Part shown: in pieces, positions 1 through 11,099 of the stretch
How the letters are laid out: every line of letters begins with the position of its first letter
Numbering within the stretch: position 1 is the stretch's first letter
Origin: Octopus sinensis
Lineage: Eukaryota
Reading direction: 5' to 3'
NCBI RefSeq assembly: GCF_006345805.1
Contig: NC_043001.1
Location: 25,730,001 to 25,794,000, forward strand
Length of the DNA: 64,000 bases
The notes under the pieces: generated by a model
The model's input: the letters and a program-made list of their open reading frames with translations, nothing else
The model's database searches: none
Told to the model about the DNA's origin: nothing
Position numbers and translations under genes: made by a program

Positions 1-445
1 CTGACAGGGTAAATATAATGAATATAGTTATCATTGTCATTTAACATTTACTTATCCATGCTTCCATGGATCAGATGGAATTTGTTAAGGTAGATTTTCT
101 ATGGCTGGATGTCTTTCTGTTGCCAACCCATCACCTGTATTCAAGAAAATAATATTTTTTTTTTAGCTAGACATGTTTTTCAAGGAAAACTGGAAAGAAA
201 TAATCTCACTTGTATCATGATGATGATGCTCATTTTTAACTATCACTTGATGTCTAGACAAGGGTACACATAAACACATGCACATACACAGAGTTTCTGC
301 ATACCAAATGCACTCACAAAGCTCACGTCTGCCTGGGGCTATAGTTGAAGACATTTGCACAATGTGCTACACAGTGGGACTGAACCCAAACTACATTGTT
401 GGGAAGCTTATTAACCACACAGCCATGACTGTACCTCTCTCTCTC

Positions 446-511
<66 letters not shown>

Positions 512-687
512 AAATAATAAATATTAGGGAATAATCCAAATTTACAGGGAAAAAATCAGATTTAGGATTAAATCGATTTTATAGTAAAAATTATAAAATA
601 TTATTCGAGACCAAACACACTATTTTGCAAAACAAAAAGGAAAGACTTAATTAATACATAAAATTTTAATAAATAGTCAAAAAAACG

Positions 688-730
688 CCACTACAATCGT
701 TTCTTGTCTTGATCGACAATCTTCAGGTGG
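688..730 (-). ncRNA. Minimal type I hammerhead ribozyme (mirror copy)
   Basis: Exact reverse complement of 1939-1981. Confidence 0.8.
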
Positions 731-1938
731 ACTTCCAATCTAAAAAATCAATATTTTAAATATAAAAATAATAATTTTAAAATAATTAAAGTATGAATGA
801 AAAAATATAAGTATATAATCCATATATAACCTATCTATAATCCATATATAAACAATATATAAACAATATAAACTAAAAAACCTATCAACAATTAATATAA
901 AATATAAAATATAAAATATAAAATATAAAACAAAACAAAAAAAATTAAAAAAATATAATAATATAATAATAAACTATATATACACCCATACGCATATACC
1001 TAATTATATATAACCATATCTAACTACATACACTAAATCACACACCTATATATATATCCCTATACATACACATAAAAATGTCTAGGCACTATAAATAAAT
1101 AAAAGCTAAAATACTTCAACACAATACTTATTCATACTCCCACACACACACACATACAACCCCCATTCACGCTCTAGAAAACGGACATCACTCAAAACTA
1201 TGAACGGAGAAATGGAATAAATGGAATTAAAAATATATTCACTTGGTAAAACGAACACTACTTAAAAATTATGAATGAAACAATGCAATAAACCACAGAC
1301 ACATCGCATGGTAGGTTTGATAAGGAATTTGTAGTAATTTGTGTCTATTTGCGATGTCTGTTGTTTTATTGCATTGTTTCATTCATAATTTTTAAGTAGT
1401 GTTCGTTTACCAAGTGAATATATTTTTAATTCCATTTATTCCATTTCTCCGTTCATAGTTTTGAGTGATGTCCTTTTTCTAGAGCGTGAATGTGGGTTGT
1501 ATGTGTGTGTGTGTGGAGTATGAATAAGTATTGTGTTGAAGTTTTAGCTATTTTTATTTATTTTAGTTGCCTAGACATTTTTATGTGTATGTATAGGGAT
1601 ATATATATAGGTGTGTGATTTAGTGTATGTAGTTAGATATGGTTATATAATTAGGTATATGCGTATGGGTGTATATATAGTTTATTATTATATTATTATT
1701 ATTTTTTAAATTTTTTTTTTGTTTTGTTTTAATATTTTATATTTTATATTTTATATTTTATATTTTATATTTAATTGTTGATAGGTTTTTTTAGTTTATA
1801 TATTGTTTATATATTGTTTATATATGGATTATAGATAGGTTATATAATGGATTATATACTTATATTTTTTCATTCATACTTTAATTATTTTAAAATTATT
1901 ATTTATATTTTAAAATATTGATTTTTTAGATTGGAAGT

Positions 1939-1981
1939 CCACCTGAAGATTGTCGATCAAGACAAGAAACGATTGTAGTGG
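1939..1981 (+). ncRNA. Minimal type I hammerhead ribozyme
   Basis: CCAC-CTGAAGA-TTGTC/GATCAA/GACAA-GAAAC-GATT-GTA-GTGG: complete core, stem I 4 bp, stem II 5 bp, GUA triplet. Confidence 0.8.
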
Positions 1982-2124
1982 CGGTTTTTTTTGACTATTT
2001 ATTAAAATTTTATGTATTAATTAAGTCTTTCCTTGTTTGTTTTGCAAAATAGTGGTTTTGTCTCGAATAATATTTTATATATATATATATAGACAGATAG
2101 GTAAATATGTATGTGTTCATTCAT

Positions 2125-2650
2125 CATCATCATTTAATATCTGTTTTCCATGCTAGGTTGGACAGTTTGACTAAGGTCTGGAAAGCAACCGGCTGCACCA
2201 GGTTCCAGTCTGATCTGGCAAGGTCTTTACAGCTGAATGCCCTTCCTAATACCAACCACTCCGTGAGTTTAGTGGGTACTTTTTATGTGCCACTGGCACA
2301 GGAGCCAGTCAGGCGGAAATGGCATCGACCATGTTCAGATGGTGCTTTTTACATGCCACCAGTATGGGGAGCCAGTCAGGCGGAATTGACATTGACTCAT
2401 GCTTCAATGGTGCTTATTATGTTCCACCAGCACGAGTGCCAGTTAGGTGGCACTGGCATCGGCCACAACTACAATTTCCATTTTGATTTTACTTGACTCA
2501 ATAGGTTTTCTCAAGTGCAGCATATCGCCTGATGATTTAAGGGTACTTTTAAATGGACTGGTTATGTGACACTAGTATAGGCTACAGCTGTGATCTCACT
2601 TTATTTGCTGGGTCTTCTCAATCACAGCATATCTCCAAAGGTCTGAAGTC
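2125..2650 (-). mobile_element. RTE 3' end (3' UTR family)
   Basis: Same 3' UTR as 25915-26670. Confidence 0.75.
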
Positions 2651-4528
2651 TGTAATCGAAAGAGGAAGAGAATACTGCATATTTGTGATATAGATTTTTA
2701 ACATTCACTCAGTTGCCAGAAAGAAGGTCAGGTGAAAATCACAGTTGTGATAGAAGGAATAAATGATATAGTATAGCATGTGTAGATGCATGTCCTAGTG
2801 GTTAGGGAGTTGCACCCACAATTGTAAGATCATGGTTTCAATTCTCAAATGGGAGGTGCATTGAGCTCTTGAGCAAAACACTTCATTTCACATTGCTCCA
2901 GTCCACTCAGCTGTAAATGGGTAACCCTGCAAAATGGACTGGTGTTCTGTTCAGGAGGAATGTTGACCTATCTACAGTCAGAAGTTAAAACAATGCGAAG
3001 AAATGCATTGTGACCAGTTGTGTATAACAAGATCCGATAGTCTGGTTGATACAGTGATAATGTAGTACAGTGTAACTATACATTTCAAAAACTGATTTCT
3101 TTAAAAACAATAGTATTTGCTAATAAAATGACATAATAATATAATTATAATTGATGTCATTAATTAACAACTGAGACTTTGATACAGGAGATTTTAGACA
3201 TAAAGGCATCAATTTGAGTCAAAAAAGAACAATAGACACACTGATGTGACTTCAATATATTGGTTGCTTGCTAAGCATTCACATAAACAACTACCCTATG
3301 GGTTGCTTATAAAAATTTTTAAAATTTGATACTATAAATTGTAGCGGCTGTTTTAACTGTATTATTATGTAAGCTCTGCAAGATAATTTACCAGCACTTA
3401 GCACTTGTTATTTAGGTCATTCTACTAATGTCCAACATGGTAAGTTATATTACTTTGGTTCAATGTTTGCAATGAGAAATAACGTCATGAATAAAATTAT
3501 TTATTAACTAATGCAAATGTTATTAATGCTGAATGATTGAAGTATTTAGTTAAACATTTAACTTCCTATCCCCATCCAGATAAAAAAAAAGTTGATCTCT
3601 ATTAACTAAGAACAAATTTCTTAACGTAATTAGAAATAATAATTATAATGCTAGGATTAGAAATATAATCTTGTATGTGTGAATATTTACAATCTGTGCA
3701 GAGCAAGGCTGCAACTGGTGATGTTTCTTGACCTTTCCTGTTAACCAATTGCCTGCCAGCACTGTGCTTTTGAGTTCCTCTGGCGGGAAAAAAGACCAAA
3801 AACAAAACAAAAACACCCTTACTTGTAAACCAATTAGGTTTGACAACAAGGAGAGCATCTGGTAGTAAAAATGTTCCCTCAGCTCCCTCCCCTTCTAACT
3901 CATACTAACATGATAAAACAGACATTAAACAAACAAAGCTGCTTTATCATATTTACAAAACTATTTCGTTATTTTGTTTTTAGAGTAAAATGTTGACCAT
4001 TTCAAAATATTTACTGTTTTTGAAATCAAATGGAATTTATTAGCTGTAATATATTTAGCTGAACTGATTTTAGTAATTCCTATATAACATTAGTTGACAT
4101 TAAATAAGATCAGGAGCAGTTTTTTTACAACGAAAATAAAAAAAATTTGCAGGCTTTTCTATTGAAATATGAACTTCCTATTATGATACAAAATTTCAGT
4201 TTTTAATGTAACTGATAAACCAAGCAATGCTTAACATTGAAATAAAAAGACAACTTGGTCATATTAAAATATACAAGCTTGTTTGAAATAGTGTTATATG
4301 ACATTCAAGAACAGAGACAATAAGCATAAAAGCTTTCTATAAGTCTATTGAACTTAAATTATAAAAACTATTGAAACAATCCATAGGACAAAATGTCTTA
4401 TGAACTAGCAGCAACGATCTATTCAAGTTATATGTTAGGTAATCAAATACCCACAAAATAGCTACAGTCGATGAGAGATTGACCCAGCTTAACATTTGAA
4501 ACTGACTCACCTTGAAAAGCAATACTAA

Positions 4529-6170
4529 TCTTATATATTAAAAGGCAAGTTGTCTGTATGTGTTGTGTGAACCACTTCTACTTCTACAATTTTCAACCGA
4601 ATTTCACCAAATTTGACATGTGCTCTCTTTGACTTAGGATGCTTTTTCTTATAATTTTTTCCTCAAAATTCCATGCCCCCAACATAAATAGACTACTCGC
4701 AGTTTGCCAAGGATTTGAACCCACCATATCTATGAAACGGTATGCATTTGATCTTATATATTAAAAGGCGAGTTATCTGTGTGTGTGTGTGTGTTGTGGG
4801 AACCACTTCTACTCCTATAATTTTCAACTGAATTTCACCAAATTTGACATGTGTGCTCTCTTGACTTAGGATGCTTTTTCTTATAATTTTTTTTCTTGAA
4901 ATTCTGTGCCCCCAACATAAATAAACTACTCTCAATTTGCCTTGGATTTGGCTTGAGCCAGTGAAAAAACATGACACGCACCCAGCTGGAAAAAATCAAT
5001 ACTTTACTTTGTCAGCTGTGGCGAGCTCTTATCAACTGCTTGCACAGTACTCCAGCAGTATTCATTTGCGAGTTACAATTTGCCTCTGTTTTCACGTGAG
5101 CACTCTTTTTCATATAATTATTCCAACTTAAACTAGCCACTTCAAAACTCTTACCCAAAATTAAAAATCCTTAATTTGGTCAATTTGATTAACATTTTTG
5201 CCAACTACATTTTACTATTTTTTTGGGTGCTACACATTCACTGCTTTTTCCTTAGGACTTTTTCTATTGTGTAAACTGATAGTTTTCCACCATGCCTCAA
5301 TGCAAAAGATCCAATATAGGTCAGCAAACAAATGCTGCAAAGAAAAGTAAACATGTGTATGCAAATGAATCTGCCGAGGACGCCACCTGGAGGAGCTCTC
5401 TCAATGCACTTAGGATGGCTTCAGCGCAAAGAAGGGAAAATGAAGAGCAGAATTGTATTGCTGTGCAACGAGTTGCCCAGAGCAACGTTCAGCACACTGA
5501 ACAAGAAGTGCTTCCTCTACTGCTGCTGCATGAGCTTCAGAGACTGCTGCATATGCTGCAGAGACTGCAGTTCGACTTATAAGAGATGCTGCTGCATGTG
5601 CTACGGAAACTACAGGGGGAAGGCAACAACAACTGGAGGCTATAACTCAGTGAAGGGCTGCACAACATTCCTACTCAATGCCATGCTCCTTGCATTGGTC
5701 AATGACAGCATTCAACTACGATCCTACAGTTGACTACAGTAATCGCCCTGACGTTCAAATAGGCTGCATGTTCACAATCTGCCAATTTTGTGGAGCTAAA
5801 AAGTGGCCTGGAGAAACTCCCGGCACGTGCTGCTCCAACGGTAAGATTACAGTACCTCTTCCACAAGATCCTCCACCCCTTTTGACATGGGCGTCTCCTT
5901 ATTCTCATGTCTTTCTCAAACAGATACATGCCTACAACTGCACGTTCCAAATGACTTCCTTTAGTGCCAGCATCATACAAGATGAGCATTTCATGCCTTC
6001 CTTTGAAGTGCAGGGGCAGATTTACTATAGAATTGGTTCCTTGCAGCCGCATGACGCTGCCTCGCCTCAGTTTCTTCAGCTCTACTTCATGGGAGACTAT
6101 GCTGAGCAGGCATACTTAACAAACAGTCTCGGGCAACACCGGGTACACCTGCTAGTTAACAATAATCTTT
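4529..6170 (+). mobile_element. Helitron remnant: duplicated 5' end plus frameshifted N-terminal Rep-helicase region
   Basis: A^TCTTATATATTAAAAGG starts at 4529 and 4752; MPQCKRSNIG start; CQFCGAKKWPGETPGTCCSNGK, YNCTFQMTSF and VQGQIYYRIGSL...QFLQLYF motifs. Confidence 0.85.
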
Positions 6171-7259
6171 TTTTTTGTAAAAGTTTTAATAGTTGTAAAG
6201 AAACAGCTTACCTCTAGAAACCATGTAAAAAGAAAATCACCTGTGTCAGTACCACATAAAAAAAGCACTTGTACTTGGTACTACATAAAAAGGCACTTGT
6301 ACAGGCACCATGTAAAAAAGCACCTGTGCCAGTACCATGTAAAAAGCACCCAGTTCACTCTGTAAACTGATTGGCATTAGGAACAGCATCTAGCCATAGA
6401 AATATTGTTAAAACAAATGACTGGAACCTGGTACAGCCCCTTGGCTTGCCAGCTCCTGTCAAACCCATTCAACCCATACTAGCATGGAAAACTGACATTA
6501 AATGATGATGATGATGATGACGATGATGTTTACTATATTTAGACCTTCGTATGTAGCTTTCACTACAATTTTTTTTTTTTTACTTAAGATTTTACTTTTT
6601 CCATTTATTCATCATCATCTTTTAATATCTGCCTGCCATACTGGCATAGGTGGGGCAGTTTTAGCAGGGTTATTATGGCTGGATGCCCTTCCTGACACCA
6701 ACCACCCAGCCAACAGAATGGACAGAGCTTTTTATGTGGTACAAGCACAGGCAAGGTCAGTTTTGGCAAGGTTTTTACAGCTGGATGCCCTTCCAAATGC
6801 CAACCATTTTACAATGTGGACTGGGCAAGGTTATATTTTAGAGATTAGTTAACGTTATTTTTAAAATTGTAGCAGTATCTTACTTAGATAATGTTTGCAT
6901 ATATGACCTTTCACACACATAGAAAAAATGTTCAGCATTTGTAAATGATCTTAACAACATTTACAGATCTTACTATTTCTATTTTATTACACTTGAGTAT
7001 ATATATACTGGTAGGTAACCTGTCAATTTATTGAGGTTATTAGATGTTTGTGCAAGCATATGCAAACATGCATGTATGTCTATTTGAATGGATATATTCT
7101 GTAATTTTTGTTGTGTTGTTATACCTTCAAGTATATGTTGTGAGAGCTTCTATTGGACATCCTGATATAATTTTATCTCATCTGCATCTCATAATATAAT
7201 AATAAACATAGTGTTTTTATATATTTATATGTATGCATATATATATATATATATATATA

Positions 7260-7515
7260 TATCATCATCATCATCGTTTAACGTCCGCTTTCCATGCTAG
7301 CATGGGTTGGACGATTTGACTGAGGTGTGGTGAACCAAATGGCTGCACCAGGCTCCAATCTGATCTGGCAGAGTTTCTGCAGCTGGATGCCCTTCCTAAT
7401 GCCAACCACTCTGAGAGTGTAGTGGGTGCTTTTATATGCCATTGGCACGAGGGCCAGTCAGGCGGTACTGGCAACGGACACGCTCAAATGGTGTTTTTTA
7501 CGTGCCACCTGCATG
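7260..7515 (-). mobile_element. RTE 3' UTR copy
   Basis: CCATGCTAGCATGG palindrome and (GAT)n tail. Confidence 0.8.
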
Positions 7516-8397
7516 TAAGTATGTGTGTATATATATATATATTTGTTCTGAATCGTGCTGGATGTGGAGGAGGAGAGAAAATAGTAATTCAGTGAAGGAG
7601 AAGTAGTGAGAGTAATAGTCCTGACTGAGAGGGAGTGAGAGAAAGGAAGGGATGAAAAAAAAAATCAGCATTTCAACTCTATGTGAGTATATGTGTGTGC
7701 TTGTACAAAAGAAGTATGTGAATGTTTGTATATGTGATTATTATGTACCTTATTTATATATAAAATACTACAATTAGCTGTCATTATTGATGGCAGAAGG
7801 TCAGCTAGTTTATAAAATAAATACTAATGATATACTGAGTTGAATTTTACTCAACTAACTCTTCTCATAAAAGTGGCTTGTCAAAAAAAATCTCATTAAA
7901 TTTATTTGGTTGACATCACAAGTCTGCATTAATCGTCAGTGAATTGAGTTTAATGATCTGGAGTTGCTTTCTTGTTTATTTCTAAATATATTCCTTTACT
8001 TCTGTCAAATAATGACACTGTGAAATTATGAATATCACTGTGTAAAATCGTTTAAGAAAATGTTAGTGACAGTAATGCTTTTAATTGGTCGTTTGCTACT
8101 AAACTGATTACGCAACCCAAAACCTGTATTGGTTTCAAGTATATCAAAAGATATACTTCTTTGTAATTACATACAGCTTTAGTTATTCATGTCGGACAGT
8201 GTTATAAGTCAGTGAGTCTTGTCAAAATGTTAGAAAAGGTAAGATCATAAAAAATATTTCATAATTTGTTTGGTTATACACTGTAATATTTCATATTATT
8301 AGAAGTTGTATTATAACTCTGTCAGTTACAACATCTAAAATAAAGCACTAATAACTTTATAAGTTTTTGCTCAAACAACAACTATATTTTTGTTTAA

Positions 8398-8619
8398 CCC
8401 TTTTGATACCAACCCGCCTGAAATCGCCTCTGGCTCTGCTGTACAAATGTCTTGTTTTCAAAAGTTCTGTATTAAAATCTTCCACCAAACCTTAGTCACA
8501 ATTTATGTTCTTAACACTAGCTTAATGATAAACTAAATTATTTTACTAATTCATTGTTATATTTAAAATTAATTGAAAGAAACACGGAGCATCTCAACAG
8601 AAATATGGTAACAAAAGGG
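8398..8619. mobile_element. piggyBac-like MITE, family 1
   Basis: TTAA-CCCTTTTGATACC...GGTAACAAAAGGG-TTAA; related copies near 37170-37355, 42275-42365, 56200-56430 and 62520-62620. Confidence 0.8.
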
Positions 8620-8826
8620 TTAAAAAAAACAAACCATTCAAGTATAGAGTATATAAGTTGTTCCCTTTCATTTGTATTCTTTAGATTTGTATATTTTGCT
8701 TTATTTGAATATAAACATCCCTCTTTGCTTTCATCCTTCAAAGTACTGAGGTTAATTTAACTAACTATACTGCTCTTCCCAAATTATTATTTTAATATTA
8801 TTATATCTTTATATAACTAACAAAAC

Positions 8827-8864
8827 CTGTTACTCTGAGTTTCCCGTTGCCGTTCATCGGACAG
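8827..8864 (-). ncRNA. Minimal type I hammerhead ribozyme, variant core
   Basis: CTGT-CCGATGA-ACG/GCAA/CGG-GAAAC-TCAGA-GTA-ACAG; U4-to-C change and a mismatch at the base of stem II. Confidence 0.6.
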
Positions 8865-9805
8865 TTTTTGCTAGCAAAAAAAAAACATTTATGTGTTTAC
8901 TCCGGTATAACTAACATTTATGTGTTTACTCCGGTATAACTAACAAATAAAGATATATATTTATTCCATCATGGGTTAAATGAATATAATATTGAGGCAT
9001 TATTTTATAGTCATATATGCCTGTCTTCTTTGCTAACACTTACCTATTTTTCAAATAAGAAATTTTTTATTTTGTACTTCCTTGAAGAGAATTTGTTGAA
9101 AGAGGAAGTAACACAATACTGTTTGTAGCACAAATACACTCACACACAATGGACAGTTTCTATCCACCTCGTTTGCTTAGAAGGCTTTAGCCTGGGTTTA
9201 TACTAGAAGACATTTTCTAAGATGTGCAGTGGGACTGAACCCAAAACTTTGTGTTTAGAAGGCAGACTTCTTAACCACACAGCTATGATTGTATTTATTA
9301 TTATAGTTAACATATATTGACTTGTCTAGCAGGTTAGGATATTTTTACAGTTGTAATAAAACTTAACCAGGTTGAATATAATTTATGTGCACACAAAGAA
9401 AATTGCATTTAATCATATTCTAAAATATTACTCATCCTCCATTTTAAAAATTGGTTAAAAGGATTTTTATTTTGAATGGATTGGATTTTATTGGATAATA
9501 TTACACCATTACATAACTTCAGTTCATTTAAATTATTACTAGTCCTTGAATGTAAACCTATGTGATGTAATATTATAAGACAATAACACAGAATAATAAT
9601 TGCAATTACTCTTTAATGGTGTTTCTTTTTAAATATCTTTTTCTTGTTTTAGTCATTGGACTACAGCTATTGTGGAGCAGTATTTATTTTTAAATCTGGT
9701 ACTTATTCTGTCAGTCTCTTTTACGGAACTGTACTTGGATTTTAAAATCTTCAAACATTTGTGCACAAATGGTTATTAATAAATTTATTCTAAATTTGAG
9801 CATAT

Positions 9806-10351
9806 ACTCTTTTACTTGTTTTAGTCACTTGGTTGCTGCCATGCTGGAGCACCGCCTTTAGTCGAGCAAATTGACCCTGGGACTTATTCTTTGTAAGCCT
9901 AGTACTTATTCTATCGGTCTCTTTTGCCGAACTGCTAAGTTACAGGGACATAAACACACCAGCATCGGTTGTCAAGCAATGTTGGGGGGGGGGGACAAAC
10001 ACAGACACACACACAGACATACACATACATATATACGACGGGCTTCTTTCAGTTTCCATCTACCAAATCCACTCACAAGGATTTCTCCTTTTAAGCGGGA
10101 TTTGATTTTTGGAAAGAGGAAAAAGTCACAAGGGGCGAGATCTGGGGAATATGGTGGCCATTGGGCCTGGGGAATGCTGTGCCTAGCTAAAAACTGCTGT
10201 ACAAGTTGCACTGAATGGGCAGTGTGTTGTCATGTTTGGTCAGCCTGAGGCTATAGTAGAAGACACTTGCCCAAGATGCCATGCAGTGGGACTGAACCCA
10301 GAACCATGTGGTTGGTAAGAAAGCTATTTACCACACAACCACTCCTGCGCA
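9806..10351 (-). mobile_element. tRNA-headed SINE family A, interrupted by a mariner piece
   Basis: A/B-box head GGCGCAGGAGTGG...GGTTCAGTCCC, internal (TA/TG)n tract, tail GAAACAAGTAAAAGAG. Confidence 0.8.
10081..10234 (-). mobile_element. Mariner transposase fragment, 3' part, inserted in a SINE
   Basis: WPPYSPDLAPCDFFLFPKIKSRLKG. Confidence 0.88.
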
Positions 10352-10994
10352 TATGGAGAATGTTTTTATTAAGTTAGGAATTGAGCATGTAAAAATCAAG
10401 GTGCCGATTATGCCCATGGGCTGCAATGATTAACAAAAGGAAGACAGTAACAGCTTGTACAGTTAAAGCGTCACTTACTGGTATTTAAATAATGGTCTAA
10501 TTTGAAATTACTATTCACATGACATACTATTATGTAACTGAAAAATTGGTATTTGTTAGTATTATATATTTGGGTTGATGACAATTTATTCAGCTGTTTT
10601 TCCAGAATTGTTTAAACTATTGGCATTTAATAAATATGATAAGGTGGTGGGCTGACAAAAATTGTTAGCACACTGGATGAAATGGTTAGTGGCATTTCTG
10701 TCTGCTTTATGTTCTGAGCTAAAATTTTGCCAAGGTTGACTTAACCTTTCATCCTTTTGAGGTCAATAAAATAAATATCATTTGAACACTGGGGTCAAAT
10801 GTAATTGACTAGCCCCCCCCCCCTCCTCCAAAATTTCAGGCTTTGTATCTATAGTAGAAAGAATTAAATAAATGTAATTGAAAAATTTGATTGCCATTAT
10901 TCATTGTTTTTTTTTTAATTAATAATTACATGTTTGTTTTTCTCTAGGTTATTCTGCATTTAAGAGTCCATTCATATTCTGGAAAATTATCTAA

Positions 10995-11099
10995 ATGGAA
11001 TTCTCAAATGTTCAGAAACAACAGCTTGTAAAGGCCACCCAGGAAAAGTATGCTTTATTTGAAAAAGCTAAGTGTGATCTTTATCAAAATGTTGCTGAG
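10995..11099 (+). CDS. NCOA4: NCOA4 coding exon 1 (acceptor at 10947, 5' UTR part 10948-10994)
   Basis: MEFSNVQKQQ...QNVAE, then GTGAGT donor, phase 0. Confidence 0.8.

Larger units (their letters stand above)
592..2079. repeat. Long inverted repeat (arms of about 720 bp, 41-nt loop), probable Penelope-like foldback element
   Basis: 592-1308 is the reverse complement of 1350-2079 with scattered small indels; flanked by (CA)n/(TA)n tracts. Confidence 0.9.

Noticed and set aside
1150-1300. HALENGH-like peptide in the palindrome arm, suggestive of GIY-YIG
   Set aside because: Surrounded by stops and frames differ between the arms; too weak to call
7545-7682. Purine-rich segment ending at a GTGAGT donor, candidate NCOA4 first exon
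   Set aside because: No promoter or transcript evidence is obtainable from the sequence alone
8120-8170. GTTTC followed by a 9-bp hairpin, hammerhead-like
   Set aside because: No CUGANGA core and no stem III pairing
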